Shown piece by piece: positions 28,102-38,674 of a stretch of 64,000 nucleotides of DNA. Each line of letters opens with the position of its first letter. The stretch's first letter is position 1. Source of the stretch: an uncultured Candidatus Binatia bacterium. Its GTDB lineage: Bacteria > Desulfobacterota > Binatia > Bin18. Both the position numbers and the translations under genes were made by a program. The DNA lies in NCBI GenBank assembly GCA_965200965.1, contig OZ241744.1, positions 2,176,001 to 2,240,000 of the forward strand, read 5' to 3'. The notes under the pieces are model-generated. The model was not told the DNA's origin. It saw only the letters and a program-made list of their open reading frames with translations, and ran no database searches.

Positions 28102-29624
28102 TGCGCACCTCCCACTTCCGGCTGCCTCTTGTCCGCGGCCACGGTCTGGGCTGAGGCCCGGTCCAGCCGGGCCAGGGTCGCCTCAACCGATTTTTCCATG
28201 CGGGTCAGGAAGGGCCGCGGATACAGCCCCATGAAGAGCATCAGGACCAGCAGGGGCGCAAAGATCAGCACTTGCCGGCGGTCAAGGTCTCTGAGGCCGG
28301 TGTTGGCCGTATTGGTGAGCGGCCCAAACATCACCCGCTGAAACATCCACAGCATATACACCGCCCCCAGCACCACGCCGGAAACGGCAATCACGCCGAC
28401 TACGGGGCTGGCCTCAAAGGTGCCGAGCAGAATAAGAAACTCGCCCACAAAGCCGCTGAGGCCGGGCAGGCCAATGGACGCCAGCATCACAAACAGAAAG
28501 ACCGAGGCGTAGACCGGCATCTGCTGCCACAGGCCACCATACTCGCTGATGAGCCGCGTGTGACGCTGCTCATAGATCACACCGACCAGCAAAAACAGTG
28601 CGCCGGTAGACAGGCCGTGGCCCAGCATCTGATAGATGGCACCCTCGGTGCCCTGCACATTGAAGGCAAACAGACCCAGGATGACAAAGCCGAGGTGGCT
28701 GACCGAAGAATAGGCCACCAGCTTCTTCAGGTCGGGCTGGACCATAGCCACCAGAGCGCCGTAGATGATACCGACCGCCGCCAGGGCCATGATCAGCGGT
28801 GCGGCCTCTCCGGCGGCCGCGGGGAAGAGCGGCAGGGCAAAGCGCACAAACCCGTAGGTGCCCATCTTGAGCAACACCCCGGCCAGGATGACCGAGCCGC
28901 CGGTCGGTGCCTCAACGTGAGCGTCGGGCAGCCAGGTATGAAACGGAAACAGCGGCACCTTGATCGCAAACGACAGGGCAAAGGCCGCAAACAGCCAGCG
29001 CTGGGTGTCGAGGGGAATCACCAACTGGTAGAGGCGCAGCAGGTCAAAGGTCACGACCTGCTGCTGGCTATGATGCAGGTGGGCCAGATACAGGATCGCC
29101 ACCAGCATCAGCAGGCTGCCGAGCATGGTGTACAGCAGGAATTTGAGGGCGGCGTAAATCCGGCGGGGCCCGCCCCAGATACCGATCAGGAAATACATCG
29201 GGATCAGCATCAACTCCCAGAACACATAGAACAGGAACAGGTCAATGGCCACAAAGGCACCCAATATGCCGGTCTCTAAGACGAGAAAGAAGAACTGGTA
29301 CTCCTTGACCCGGCTCTGCACCTCGGCCCAACTGGCCAGCAGCACCAGCGGCGTCAGAAAGCTGGTCAGCAACACCAGAAACAGGCTGATGCCGTCTACG
29401 CCGACATAGTACTGGATGCCAAAATCGGCAATCCAGGCGTAGCGCTCGACAAACTGGAAGTCGGCTGTCCGGCTGTCAAAACCGGCCAGTACGCCCAGCG
29501 ACACGACAAAGGTCAGCAGCGCGGTGGCCAGGGCCGCGTAGCGAATCCTGGCCTCCTGCTCCTTGGGCACAAAGAGGATGGACACAGCGCCCAGCAGGGG
29601 CAGAAAGACGAGCACGCTTACCAT
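28092..29624 (-). CDS. nuoM: NADH-quinone oxidoreductase subunit M
   Basis: GVDGIS, FHTWLPDAHVEAP, LLKMGTYG. Confidence 0.95.
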   Translation of the reverse strand: MVSVLVFLPLLGAVSILFVPKEQEARIRYAALATALLTFVVSLGVLAGFDSRTADFQFVERYAWIADFGIQYYVGVDGISLFLVLLTSFLTPLVLLASWAEVQSRVKEYQFFFLVLETGILGAFVAIDLFLFYVFWELMLIPMYFLIGIWGGPRRIYAALKFLLYTMLGSLLMLVAILYLAHLHHSQQQVVTFDLLRLYQLVIPLDTQRWLFAAFALSFAIKVPLFPFHTWLPDAHVEAPTGGSVILAGVLLKMGTYGFVRFALPLFPAAAGEAAPLIMALAAVGIIYGALVAMVQPDLKKLVAYSSVSHLGFVILGLFAFNVQGTEGAIYQMLGHGLSTGALFLLVGVIYEQRHTRLISEYGGLWQQMPVYASVFLFVMLASIGLPGLSGFVGEFLILLGTFEASPVVGVIAVSGVVLGAVYMLWMFQRVMFGPLTNTANTGLRDLDRRQVLIFAPLLVLMLFMGLYPRPFLTRMEKSVEATLARLDRASAQTVAADKRQPEVGGAQWR

Positions 29625-31492
29625 AGGTAATATCCCAGAATGAGCATGGCCCCGGCCAGAAACGAGAGGACATAGTTCTGGACATTGCCGGTCTGCCACA
29701 GGCGCAGCGCCGAACCGCTGGCGGCGGCTGTCCGGGCTGTGCCGTTCACCGCCCGGTCAATGACCCGTGTGTCCCACACCTGCCACAACCACTGCGAGGC
29801 GACGAGCGTCGGGCGGACAAAGACGGCCTGGTAGATTTCGTCAATATAATATCTGTTCAGCAGCAGCGTGTGCAGGCCGGCGAACTGTTGGCTCAGCCGC
29901 TCAACCCGGCCCGGCTCGCGCACATACAAGACATACGCCAGCCAGAGGCCGGCCAGGCCGACCAGCGTTGGCGTATAGCGAACCACAAACGACACATGCG
30001 CGGCGTGGTGCTGGTCAAACACCGCTTGCAGAAAATGGGGAACCGGGAAGTAGCCACCAATGACCGACAACACGGCCAGCGCAATCAGCGGGGCAGTCAT
30101 CACCGAGGGCGATTCATGGATATGGGCGGCCACCTCGCGGTCGGCCCGGGTCTTACCCCAGAAGGTGACAAACAGGAGCCGGAACATGTAGAGCGCGGTC
30201 AGGCCGGCCCCCAGCGTGCCCAGCAGCCATAGTATCGCCGAGCCGTGCGGGGCGGCGTAGGCTTCCTCCAGGATCAGGTCTTTGCTGAAGAAGCCGGACA
30301 GCAGAGGCAGGCCGGCAATAGCCAGACAGCCAACTGCAAACGTCCAGTATGTGGTCGGCATGGTAGTGCGCAGGCCGCCCATCTTGCCGATATCCTGCTC
30401 GTCGCTCATGCCGTGGATGACACTGCCGGCACCCAGAAACAGCAGGGCCTTAAAAAAGGCGTGGGTCATCAGGTGAAAGACCGCCGCCCCATACGCCCCA
30501 ACCCCCAGACCCAGGAACATATAGCCGAGCTGGCTGACGGTCGAGTAGGCCAGGACCTTTTTGATATCGGTCTGGACCAGGGCGATGGTGGCCGCAAGCA
30601 GGGCCGTGCCGGCCCCAACGCAGGCCACCAGCGACAGCGCGGCGGGTGACAGTGCGTACAGGAAGTGCAGGCGGGCGATCAGGTAAATCCCGGCTGTGAC
30701 CATAGTCGCGGCGTGGATCAGGGCGCTGACCGGCGTCGGGCCGGCCATAGCGTCCGGCAGCCACACATACAGCGGAATCTGGGCCGATTTTCCGGTCGCG
30801 CCGATAAACAACAACACGCACACCGCAGTCAGCGTGCCGACCGACAGTGCTGAGGCATTGGCCTCAATGTCGGTGAACGACAGGGTCCATACGCCGTGCT
30901 CAGCCAGGCTCCAGAACAGCACAAACAGGCCCAGCAGAAAGCCCGCGTCTCCGATCCGATTGACAATAAACGCCTTTTTGCCGGCGCTGGCTTTCTCGTC
31001 GTCGGTGTACCAGAAGCCGATCAACAGGTAGGAACACAGACCCACGCCTTCCCAGCCGACAAACAGCAGCAGCAGGTTCTCGGCCATGACCAGTACCAGC
31101 ATGGCCGCGGTGAACAGGTTGAGATAGGCGAAATAGCGCGCTACGTCCGCATCCTCGGCCATATACCCGACCGAATAGACATGGATCAGAAAACCGACCC
31201 CGGTGATGACCAGGATCATCACTGCGGACAGGGCATCGACCCGCAGGGCAATGTCAACGTGCAACTCCCCGGCCGTAATCCACGGAAAAATGCGATCAAC
31301 CAGCACCCCGCCCTCGGGCAACTGAAAAAAGGCCGACACGGCCAGCAGAAACGCGGCCAGGACCACGCCCGGACCAATGGCGTTGACCGCCCCGCGGCCC
31401 AGCCGCGCACCACAGAACACATGAAACACCACCCCCAGCAGGGGCAACAGGACAATAAAACGCAGGGAGGGAAGCGGAAGAGCCTCGTGCAT
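29618..31492 (-). CDS. nuoL: NADH-quinone oxidoreductase subunit L
   Basis: GKSAQIPLYVWLPDAMAGPTPVSALIHAATMV. Confidence 0.95.
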   Translation of the reverse strand: MHEALPLPSLRFIVLLPLLGVVFHVFCGARLGRGAVNAIGPGVVLAAFLLAVSAFFQLPEGGVLVDRIFPWITAGELHVDIALRVDALSAVMILVITGVGFLIHVYSVGYMAEDADVARYFAYLNLFTAAMLVLVMAENLLLLFVGWEGVGLCSYLLIGFWYTDDEKASAGKKAFIVNRIGDAGFLLGLFVLFWSLAEHGVWTLSFTDIEANASALSVGTLTAVCVLLFIGATGKSAQIPLYVWLPDAMAGPTPVSALIHAATMVTAGIYLIARLHFLYALSPAALSLVACVGAGTALLAATIALVQTDIKKVLAYSTVSQLGYMFLGLGVGAYGAAVFHLMTHAFFKALLFLGAGSVIHGMSDEQDIGKMGGLRTTMPTTYWTFAVGCLAIAGLPLLSGFFSKDLILEEAYAAPHGSAILWLLGTLGAGLTALYMFRLLFVTFWGKTRADREVAAHIHESPSVMTAPLIALAVLSVIGGYFPVPHFLQAVFDQHHAAHVSFVVRYTPTLVGLAGLWLAYVLYVREPGRVERLSQQFAGLHTLLLNRYYIDEIYQAVFVRPTLVASQWLWQVWDTRVIDRAVNGTARTAAASGSALRLWQTGNVQNYVLSFLAGAMLILGYYLW

Positions 31493-31495
31493 GGT

Positions 31496-31798
31496 TTACC
31501 ACCGCAGCAGGGTCAATTCATCCGCATTGACCGTCTCTTTGCCGCGAAACACGAGCAGCACAATCGCCAGCCCGACCGCGGCCTCGGCCGCGGCCACGGC
31601 CATCACAAAAAAGACGCTCAGCTGCCCGTCCATAGAGCCGAGGTGGCGGGCAAAGGCGACAAAGGACAGATTCACCGCGTTGAGCATCAGTTCAATTGAC
31701 ATGAAAATAATGATCGCGTTGCGGCGCACCAGGACACCCATCACCCCAATGGTGAACAGGACTGCACTGAGGACGAGGTGATAACCGATGGGAACCAT
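31496..31798 (-). CDS. nuoK: NADH-quinone oxidoreductase subunit K
   Basis: [20 protein letters not shown]. Confidence 0.95.
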   Translation of the reverse strand: MVPIGYHLVLSAVLFTIGVMGVLVRRNAIIIFMSIELMLNAVNLSFVAFARHLGSMDGQLSVFFVMAVAAAEAAVGLAIVLLVFRGKETVNADELTLLRW

Positions 31799-31832
31799 GT
31801 GTTTCGCTTTCAGCCGTCAACACGGCGCGTCT

Positions 31833-32324
31833 TCAAGCCTGGCGCTGGGCTAAAACCACCGCACCGACAACGGCCACCAGGAGCAACACCGAGGTCACTT
31901 CAAACGGAATCAGAAAATCGGTAAACAGTCGCTCGCTCAGGGCGGCGACCGTCCCAAACCCCTCCGGCAACTCGGCCGTGGCCTCAGACGGCACCCGGCC
32001 GAGCAGCACACACAGCTCGATGATCAAGACCGCGCCGCCGCCCAGGGCGACCCGGCTCAGCCCCCGGCGCAGCGGGGGCTGGGGGTCGGTCTGGAGGTTG
32101 AGCAACATGATCACAAACAAAAACAGGACCATCACCGCCCCGGCGTAGACGATGATCTGCAACACGGCCACCATATGGGCCTCCAGAAACAGATAGTACA
32201 CCGCCAGCAGAAACAGCGTCAGGACCAGAAACAGCGCGCTGTAGACCGGGTTGGGGTGCAACACGACCAGACCGGCGACGAGGATCAGGGGAACAGCCAG
32301 AGCAAAAAACGTGATCGGGTCCAT
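31833..32324 (-). CDS. nuoJ: NADH-quinone oxidoreductase subunit J
   Basis: NPVYSAL, QIIVYAGAVMVLFLFVIMLL, PFE. Confidence 0.95.
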   Translation of the reverse strand: MDPITFFALAVPLILVAGLVVLHPNPVYSALFLVLTLFLLAVYYLFLEAHMVAVLQIIVYAGAVMVLFLFVIMLLNLQTDPQPPLRRGLSRVALGGGAVLIIELCVLLGRVPSEATAELPEGFGTVAALSERLFTDFLIPFEVTSVLLLVAVVGAVVLAQRQA

Positions 32325-32327
32325 ACG

Positions 32328-33419
32328 CTATTGCACCAGCAGAATGACCAGCGCGGTGGCCATCACATTGACCAAAGCGACCGGCAACAGAATTTTCCAG
32401 CCCAGGTGTATCAACTGATCATAGCGAAAGCGGGGCAGGGTCCAGCGAATCATGATCTGCAACCAGCAGAAGAACACCACTTTCAGGGTAAACGCGCCGA
32501 CCTGGAGCAGGCTGACCAGCAACGACGGCAGGCCAAGACTCACACCGCCCGGGAACTGAAATCCCTCGCGGCCCAGAAAAGGGACCTGCCAGCCGCCAAA
32601 AAACAGCGTGCTCACCAGCGCGGCAACCACCACCACCTCAACAAAATCAACCAGCATGAAGGTTGCCTGCTTCATGCCCGAGTACTCGGTGAAATAGCCC
32701 GAGATCAGCTCCGACTCGGCCTCCGGCAGATCAAACGGATTGCGTTTGCTCTCGGCAATCCCGGCCGTCAGAAAGATGAAAAAGGCGACCGGCTGTAAAA
32801 AAATGCCCCAGGCCGGGATGATCCCGCCCCACAGCTCGCCCTGAGCGCGCGCAATGTCCTGCAAGTCAAGCGTGCCAAAGCTCAGCACCACCCCGATCAG
32901 CGACAGGCCCATAGCGATTTCATACGAAATCATCTGGGCTGAGCCGCGAATGCCGCCCAGCAAGGCCCAGCGGTTATTGGACGCCCAGCCGCCCAGCACC
33001 ACCCCGTACACCCCCAGCGACACCATGGCCAGGATGTACAGCAGGCCGACATTGAGCGAGGCCGCCTGGAGGGGAATCGTCCGCCCGCCGATAATCAGCA
33101 CATCCCCGAACGGAATGACCAGAAACGTGATCAGAATCGGCAGCAGGGCAAGAATCGGGGCCAGGGTATGCAACAGGCGATCGGCCCCCGGCGGGATAAA
33201 GTCCTCTTTGGTAATCAGTTTGATGGGATCGGCAACCAGGGTGTTGATGAAGCCCAGGTTAAACGGCAGCTTGCCAAAAATGGCAGCCCGATTGGCACCT
33301 ATCCGGTCTTGCAGCACCGCGCTGCCCTTGCGCTCAACCCACAGCAGCAGCCCGCCAAGGTTGATGACCATGAGCAGGACCAGCAGGGTGAGCGTAAACG
33401 AGACGATAAAATCCAGCAT
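32328..33419 (-). CDS. nuoH: NADH-quinone oxidoreductase subunit H
   Basis: ERK, AQMISYE, PFDLPEAESEL, PRFRYDQL. Confidence 0.95.
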   Translation of the reverse strand: MLDFIVSFTLTLLVLLMVINLGGLLLWVERKGSAVLQDRIGANRAAIFGKLPFNLGFINTLVADPIKLITKEDFIPPGADRLLHTLAPILALLPILITFLVIPFGDVLIIGGRTIPLQAASLNVGLLYILAMVSLGVYGVVLGGWASNNRWALLGGIRGSAQMISYEIAMGLSLIGVVLSFGTLDLQDIARAQGELWGGIIPAWGIFLQPVAFFIFLTAGIAESKRNPFDLPEAESELISGYFTEYSGMKQATFMLVDFVEVVVVAALVSTLFFGGWQVPFLGREGFQFPGGVSLGLPSLLVSLLQVGAFTLKVVFFCWLQIMIRWTLPRFRYDQLIHLGWKILLPVALVNVMATALVILLVQ

Positions 33420-33429
33420 GGGTTCTCCC

Positions 33430-33936
33430 TCAGGAAGAGGGTATCTGTTGTGTCTCCATTTTCTCTGCCAGACCGTCGATCAGGCGCTTGACCCGGTCTG
33501 GGGTCTGGTGTTCGTGGTAGTCGTCGTTGACCTGGACAACCGGGGCTGTGCCACACGAGCCCAGGCACTCGACCTCACTCAGCGAAAAGACCCGGTCGGC
33601 CGTGGTCTGGCCCAGCCCGATGCCGAGCTTGTCGCGTACACAGTCCACAATCCGGTCTGCGCCCCGCAGGCGACACGACAGATTCGTACACACCTGGAGG
33701 TGAAACCGGCCCATCGGCTTCTTGTACAGCATCGTATAAAATGAGGCGACCGAAGCCACAGAGGCCGGCGACAGATCGAGGAGCCGGGCGATGTACTCCA
33801 TGACCTCCGGACTCAGATAGCCAAACTCCTCCTGGGCCAACCAGAACGTCGGCAGGAGGGCCGCCTGTTTGGTCGGGTAGTGGCTCAGGACCTCTTCAAA
33901 GCGTTGATACGTCTCGTCTGAGAATTGTACGGACAT
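33430..33936 (-). CDS. nuoE: NADH-quinone oxidoreductase subunit E
   Basis: 2Fe-2S motif CTNLSC...CLGSC. Confidence 0.92.
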   Translation of the reverse strand: MSVQFSDETYQRFEEVLSHYPTKQAALLPTFWLAQEEFGYLSPEVMEYIARLLDLSPASVASVASFYTMLYKKPMGRFHLQVCTNLSCRLRGADRIVDCVRDKLGIGLGQTTADRVFSLSEVECLGSCGTAPVVQVNDDYHEHQTPDRVKRLIDGLAEKMETQQIPSS

Positions 33937-33954
33937 GCCGGGTTGTGTGCGCAC

Positions 33955-35222
33955 TTATCTATCGCACTCTCCACCAATCATGTTGACCATCCCGAAGGTA
34001 GTGATGATATCGGACACCAGGTGGCCTTTGAGCATCGTGCCCAGCGCGGCCATGCCAAAGAAGCACGGCGGGCGGACCCGGACGCGGTAGGGCCGGCCAC
34101 TGCCGTCGCTGACCAGATAGAAACCGAGTTCGCCGTTGGCCCCTTCAACCGGGATATAGACCTCACCGGGTGGAATTTCACCCCCTCAATGACCAGCTTG
34201 AAGTGGTTCATCAACCCCTCAATATTGCCGTAGACCTCTCTTTTGTCGGGCAGGCTGATACGCGGATCGTCAACCCGGACCGGGCCTTCGGGCAACAGCT
34301 CAAGGGCTTGCTCAATGATGCGCCTGCTCTGCCTGAGTTCTTCAAAGCGCACCGCAAAGCGGTCGTAATTGTCGCCCTGGGTACCGGTCGGAATATCAAA
34401 GTCGAGCTGGTCGTAGACCAGATACGGCTGGGAGCGGCGAATATCGTGCGGAATGCCGGTCGCCCGCAACAGCGGGCCGGTCAGGCTGTAGGACACCGCG
34501 TCCTGTTGAGAGATAGCGCCGACCCCCGACATGCGATCAATAAAAATCCGGTTCTTTGACAGCAGGTGATCGCAGTCGGACAGGATTTTGTCTATGTCAG
34601 CAAACGCACCCCGCACCCGCTCGGCAAATCCGTGGGGAACATCCTGGGTCACCCCACCGACCCGGGCATAGCTGACGGTCAGCCGCGCTCCGGTCACGGC
34701 CGAGACCAGGTCGTAGAGTATCTCGCGCGTCTCCATCATGTAGAAACCGACCGAGATGGCACCAGCCTCGGCCGCCGCCATGCCCAGACACGTCATGTGG
34801 TCGGTGATACGCGAGATTTCGCTCATAATGGTCCGAATGTACTGACAGCGTTCCGGCACCTCGATTTCCAGCAGCTTTTCGGCCGCCAGGGCAAACGCCA
34901 CATTATTGATCAGCGGCGAGGCGTAGTTCAGCCGATCGGTATACGGCACGACATGGTTCCAGGTGCGCTGCTCGCACATCTTCTCAAACCCCCGGTGCAG
35001 ATAGCCGATTTCGGTATCCAGGTTGAGGATTTTTTCGCCGTCGAGGGTCAGGTTGAACTTGATCGTACCGTGGGTAGCTGGATGGGACGGTCCCATCTGG
35101 AGCGACATCACCTCCGAGGTCGGATCAAGGCTGTCGGGAAGAGATACCGGTGATATCTTCTGCGGAGCTCGGTCATGACCGGGCTCCTGCGTGTCCGCGG
35201 CCGGGAGTGGCTCTTGTGCCAT
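33955..35222 (-). CDS. nuoD: NADH-quinone oxidoreductase subunit D, 1-nt frameshift near 34176
   Basis: GPSHPATHG, GYLHRG; adding one base in the A-run restores PPGEVY..VEGANGELG...GECDR ending at TAA 33955. Confidence 0.9.
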
Positions 35223-35223
35223 A

Positions 35224-35724
35224 TTATTTTGTATCCCACGGGTTGGCGATTGGATCGCGCTCTTCAACCAGGGGCTGACGCTTATTGACCGGGTAATCTT
35301 TGCGCAGCGGGTGGCCCTGAAACTCCTCGTACATCAAAAGACGGGTCAGCTTGGGATGGTCCCGAAAAGACACCCCGAACATGTCCCACACCTCACGCTC
35401 CAGCCAGTTGGCGGCCTTCCACAGCCCTGTCACCGACGGCAGCCAAGCCTCGTCCTCGGCTACCCGGACCTTGACCCGCAGGCGGTGGTTGAGCCGCAGC
35501 GAGTACAGATGGTAGACCACCTCAAAGCGCGGCTCCTGACCAAAAAAGTCAACCGCGCTCAGATCAACCAGCATAGTGAAGGCAAACTCGGGGGCGTCTC
35601 TGAGGCTGGTGAGGACCGCAAGCAGGGCAGTCCGTTCAAGCACAATCGTGGCGTTGCCGTGCCGGGTATGGCTCTCGACAATTTTGCCCGAAAAGGCGCT
35701 CTCGGCTTTGCTCAGCAACTCCAT
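35224..35724 (-). CDS. nuoC: NADH-quinone oxidoreductase subunit C
   Basis: ANWLEREVWDMFG, GHPLRKDYP. Confidence 0.95.
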   Translation of the reverse strand: MELLSKAESAFSGKIVESHTRHGNATIVLERTALLAVLTSLRDAPEFAFTMLVDLSAVDFFGQEPRFEVVYHLYSLRLNHRLRVKVRVAEDEAWLPSVTGLWKAANWLEREVWDMFGVSFRDHPKLTRLLMYEEFQGHPLRKDYPVNKRQPLVEERDPIANPWDTK

Positions 35725-35746
35725 GACAGGCTCGCCCGTCCTTTCC

Positions 35747-36100
35747 CTAGGCCGATTCAAGCGCCCCCTTCTTGATTGCATACACCAGCCCAAGGGCCAG
35801 AATCAGGACAAAAACCAGCATCTCGACAAAGCCGAACAGCCCCAGCCGCCGAAACACCACCGCCCACGGGTAGAGAAACACCACCTCAACGTCAAACACA
35901 ATGAAAAGAATGGCGACCAGATAAAACTTGACCGGGAATCTCCCCCAGGCCGAGCCGCTTGGCGGATTGCCGCACTCAAACGGCTCGTCTTTGACCGCGG
36001 AATGCCGCTCAGGGCCAAACAGGGTGCTGGCAAAGACCATCGCCCCGGCGATCATCCCCGCCAGGATCAACGCTATCAGGACCGGAACATACTGCTCCAT
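35747..36100 (-). CDS. nuoA: NADH-quinone oxidoreductase subunit A
   Basis: PFECG, FIVFDVEVVFLYPWA. Confidence 0.95.
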   Translation of the reverse strand: MEQYVPVLIALILAGMIAGAMVFASTLFGPERHSAVKDEPFECGNPPSGSAWGRFPVKFYLVAILFIVFDVEVVFLYPWAVVFRRLGLFGFVEMLVFVLILALGLVYAIKKGALESA

Positions 36101-36196
36101 ATTCCCCTCAGTCCATGTCCGAGGCATAAAAACAGAGGACGCCGGGGGTTGTCAAGCCAGGACATACGCAACATGCCGCCCTCAGCCGTCTGTTTC

Positions 36197-36225
36197 TTGC
36201 GATCCCGACCCGGAGGTGGTACAAC
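36197..36225 (+). promoter_or_regulatory. Putative sigma70 promoter of the tRNA-Ser/ffs/dnaX unit
   Basis: TTGCGA-17 nt-TACAAC with extended TG. Confidence 0.55.
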
Positions 36226-36239
36226 CCCCATACACCGCA

Positions 36240-36329
<90 letters not shown>

Positions 36330-36331
36330 GA

Positions 36332-36438
36332 GGTGATAGCTAGGTCCTGCGCAAGGGAGGTCGGGAACCCCGTCAGGTCCGGAAGGAAGCAGCGGTACCG
36401 ATTGCACCCCTGTGCCGCAGGGTAGCCTAGCTATCACC
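36332..36438 (+). ncRNA. ffs: SRP 4.5S RNA
   Basis: Conserved tcaggtccggaaggaagcagc; closing stem ggtgatagctagg/cctagctatcacc; upstream of dnaX. Confidence 0.95.
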
Positions 36439-36478
36439 CCTGACGGCAGAGGGGCAGCTCTCCATAGCGTTTCCAGCC

Positions 36479-38314
36479 ATGAGTTATCTCGTCCTCGCCC
36501 GCAAGTGGCGGCCCCAGACCTTCGACCAGGTGGTCGGCCAGGAGCATGTGACCCGGACCCTCCAGAACGCGATCCAGAGCGGCCGCATCGCCCACGCGTT
36601 CTTGTTCACCGGTCCGCGCGGGGTCGGCAAGACCACCATCGCCCGGCTGCTGGCCAAGGCGCTGAACTGTGAGGGCGGACCGACGCCCCAGCCGTGCAAC
36701 AGGTGCAGCAACTGCGCCGAGATTACCGCCGGCAGCTCGATCGACGTGCTGGAGATTGACGGGGCGTCGCATACCGGGGTTGATCACGCCCGCGACATTA
36801 CCGAGGGCGTGCAATACCGACCGGCCAAGAGCCGTTTTCGGGTCGTCATTATCGACGAAGTCCACATGCTGTCAAATGCGGCCTTTAACGCGCTGCTCAA
36901 AACCCTGGAAGAGCCGCCGGCCCATGTCAAGTTCATCTTTGCCACCACCGAGGTCCAGAAAATTCTGGCCACGATCGTATCGCGCTGTCAGCGCTACGAT
37001 TTCAAGCGGATTCCGCTGCGTGATCTCATCAAGCAGTTGACCGCCCTGGCCGAGCACGAACAGTTCGTGTGCGATGAGGTCGGCTTGTCTCTCATCGCGC
37101 GGGAGGCCGACGGCAGCCTGCGCGACGCCGAGTCCCTGCTTGAACAGGTCGTGACCTGGGGGGACGGTCAGGTCAACACCCAGACCATCCGCCAGGCGCT
37201 CGGGGTAGCCGACCGTCAGATGCTGTTTGAGCTCGTCGGCGCAATCCTGGCCCATGATCCGGCCCAGGCACTGCGCGTTGCCGGGGATCTGTACGAGTAC
37301 GGCTATGATCCGCGTCGGCTGTGCCGTGATCTGCTTGAGCACTTTCATCATCTGGTCATTGCCAAGGTGTGCAACGACCCGGCTGTGCTGGCCGATTTGC
37401 CCGACCATGAGATTAAAACGGTCCAGGACCAGGCCGCCAAACGATCGCCCGAAGACCTCCAGCGGTCTTTCAACCTGCTGCTCCAGGCCGAAGAAGACAT
37501 CAACCGGACCGCCTATACCCAGTTGGCGGTTGAAATGAGCCTGGTCAAGCTGGCCAGCCAGCCGCCGGTCGTACCAATTGACGAGGCCCTGGCCCAACTC
37601 CAGACCTTGCGCCAGCAGCTCGGCGCGCCTGGCCCCGGCCAGGCCCAAGCTCCGCCCCAACCCCCGGCCTCCGAGCCAGGCCGCCGGCCGCGGCCCACAG
37701 CGCGGGCGTCAACACCCGCCCCTGACAATCTGCCGCCGCCCGACCCGGCTACTCCCCGAGGACGGAATGTGTCGCCTTCCTCTCAATCCGGTGACACATT
37801 CCGTCCCTATCTCCAGCCGGTTCCAGACCCCGCGCCGAGCGACACCGGACGGGACGACTGGGAGCGCCTGTTAGCCGCAGTCCAAAAGGATAAGCTGTCA
37901 CTGTTTTTTGCCCTCAAGGCGGGCCAGCTGCACGACCTCAGCCAGACCGTGCTGACCATCCGGGTGAACAAAGAGCCGTATTTCAAGGAACTGACCCGCA
38001 AAGAAAACCACACAATTGTAGAAGAAGCCGCCGGCCGGGTATTTGGCCGGCCCCTGCGGGTCGAGGTGAGCAAAGAGAGCCGGCCGCGGCCGGCGGCCCC
38101 CCACAGCGACGCGGCCGGCCCGGCACCGGCAAACGCCACCGCCGGCAACTCGGACGAAGCACCCCCTCCCCCTGATCCTCTCCCCGGGGGATCGGAAAAG
38201 TCCAGCCTGACCGACAAGAACAAAGACCCCCTGGTCCCAACCGTTCTCGAAGTACTGGGCGGCGAGGTCCAGAGCAGCCGCATCCGTGAAGGACGCAACG
38301 TGTCATCAGATTGA
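36479..38314 (+). CDS. dnaX: DNA polymerase III subunit gamma/tau
   Basis: YLVLARKWRPQTF, GPRGVGKTT, DEVHML, SRC. Confidence 0.97.
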   Translation: MSYLVLARKWRPQTFDQVVGQEHVTRTLQNAIQSGRIAHAFLFTGPRGVGKTTIARLLAKALNCEGGPTPQPCNRCSNCAEITAGSSIDVLEIDGASHTGVDHARDITEGVQYRPAKSRFRVVIIDEVHMLSNAAFNALLKTLEEPPAHVKFIFATTEVQKILATIVSRCQRYDFKRIPLRDLIKQLTALAEHEQFVCDEVGLSLIAREADGSLRDAESLLEQVVTWGDGQVNTQTIRQALGVADRQMLFELVGAILAHDPAQALRVAGDLYEYGYDPRRLCRDLLEHFHHLVIAKVCNDPAVLADLPDHEIKTVQDQAAKRSPEDLQRSFNLLLQAEEDINRTAYTQLAVEMSLVKLASQPPVVPIDEALAQLQTLRQQLGAPGPGQAQAPPQPPASEPGRRPRPTARASTPAPDNLPPPDPATPRGRNVSPSSQSGDTFRPYLQPVPDPAPSDTGRDDWERLLAAVQKDKLSLFFALKAGQLHDLSQTVLTIRVNKEPYFKELTRKENHTIVEEAAGRVFGRPLRVEVSKESRPRPAAPHSDAAGPAPANATAGNSDEAPPPPDPLPGGSEKSSLTDKNKDPLVPTVLEVLGGEVQSSRIREGRNVSSD

Positions 38315-38347
38315 GAGGCCAGAAGAGATCATCTGACAGGAGTCGGT

Positions 38348-38674
38348 ATGGCAGATTTCAACATCGGCGACATTATGAAACACGCCCAGCAGTTGCAGAG
38401 CCAGCTCAGCCAAGTCCAGGAACAGGCCACCAAAAAGACCGTCAGCGCCACCGCCGGCGGCAGCATGGTCAGCGCCGAGGTCAACGGCGGGCTGGAGTTG
38501 GTATCGCTGACCATTGACCCGGCCCTGCTTGACGGCGACAGGGTAGACGCGGAGATGATTCAAGACCTTGTTATTGCCGCGGTCAATCAGGGCATCAGCC
38601 GGGCCAAAAAGATGATGGCCGATGAGGTCGGCAAGCTGACCGGCGGACTTAAAATTCCCGGTCTGACCCCATGA
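38348..38674 (+). CDS. ybaB: YbaB/EbfC nucleoid-associated protein
   Basis: AGGSMV, DLVIAAVN; between dnaX and recR. Confidence 0.93.
   Translation: MADFNIGDIMKHAQQLQSQLSQVQEQATKKTVSATAGGSMVSAEVNGGLELVSLTIDPALLDGDRVDAEMIQDLVIAAVNQGISRAKKMMADEVGKLTGGLKIPGLTP

Noticed and set aside
37600-38300. Pro/Ala-rich low-complexity stretch in dnaX
   Set aside because: Normal tau linker; no clear A6G frameshift site seen.
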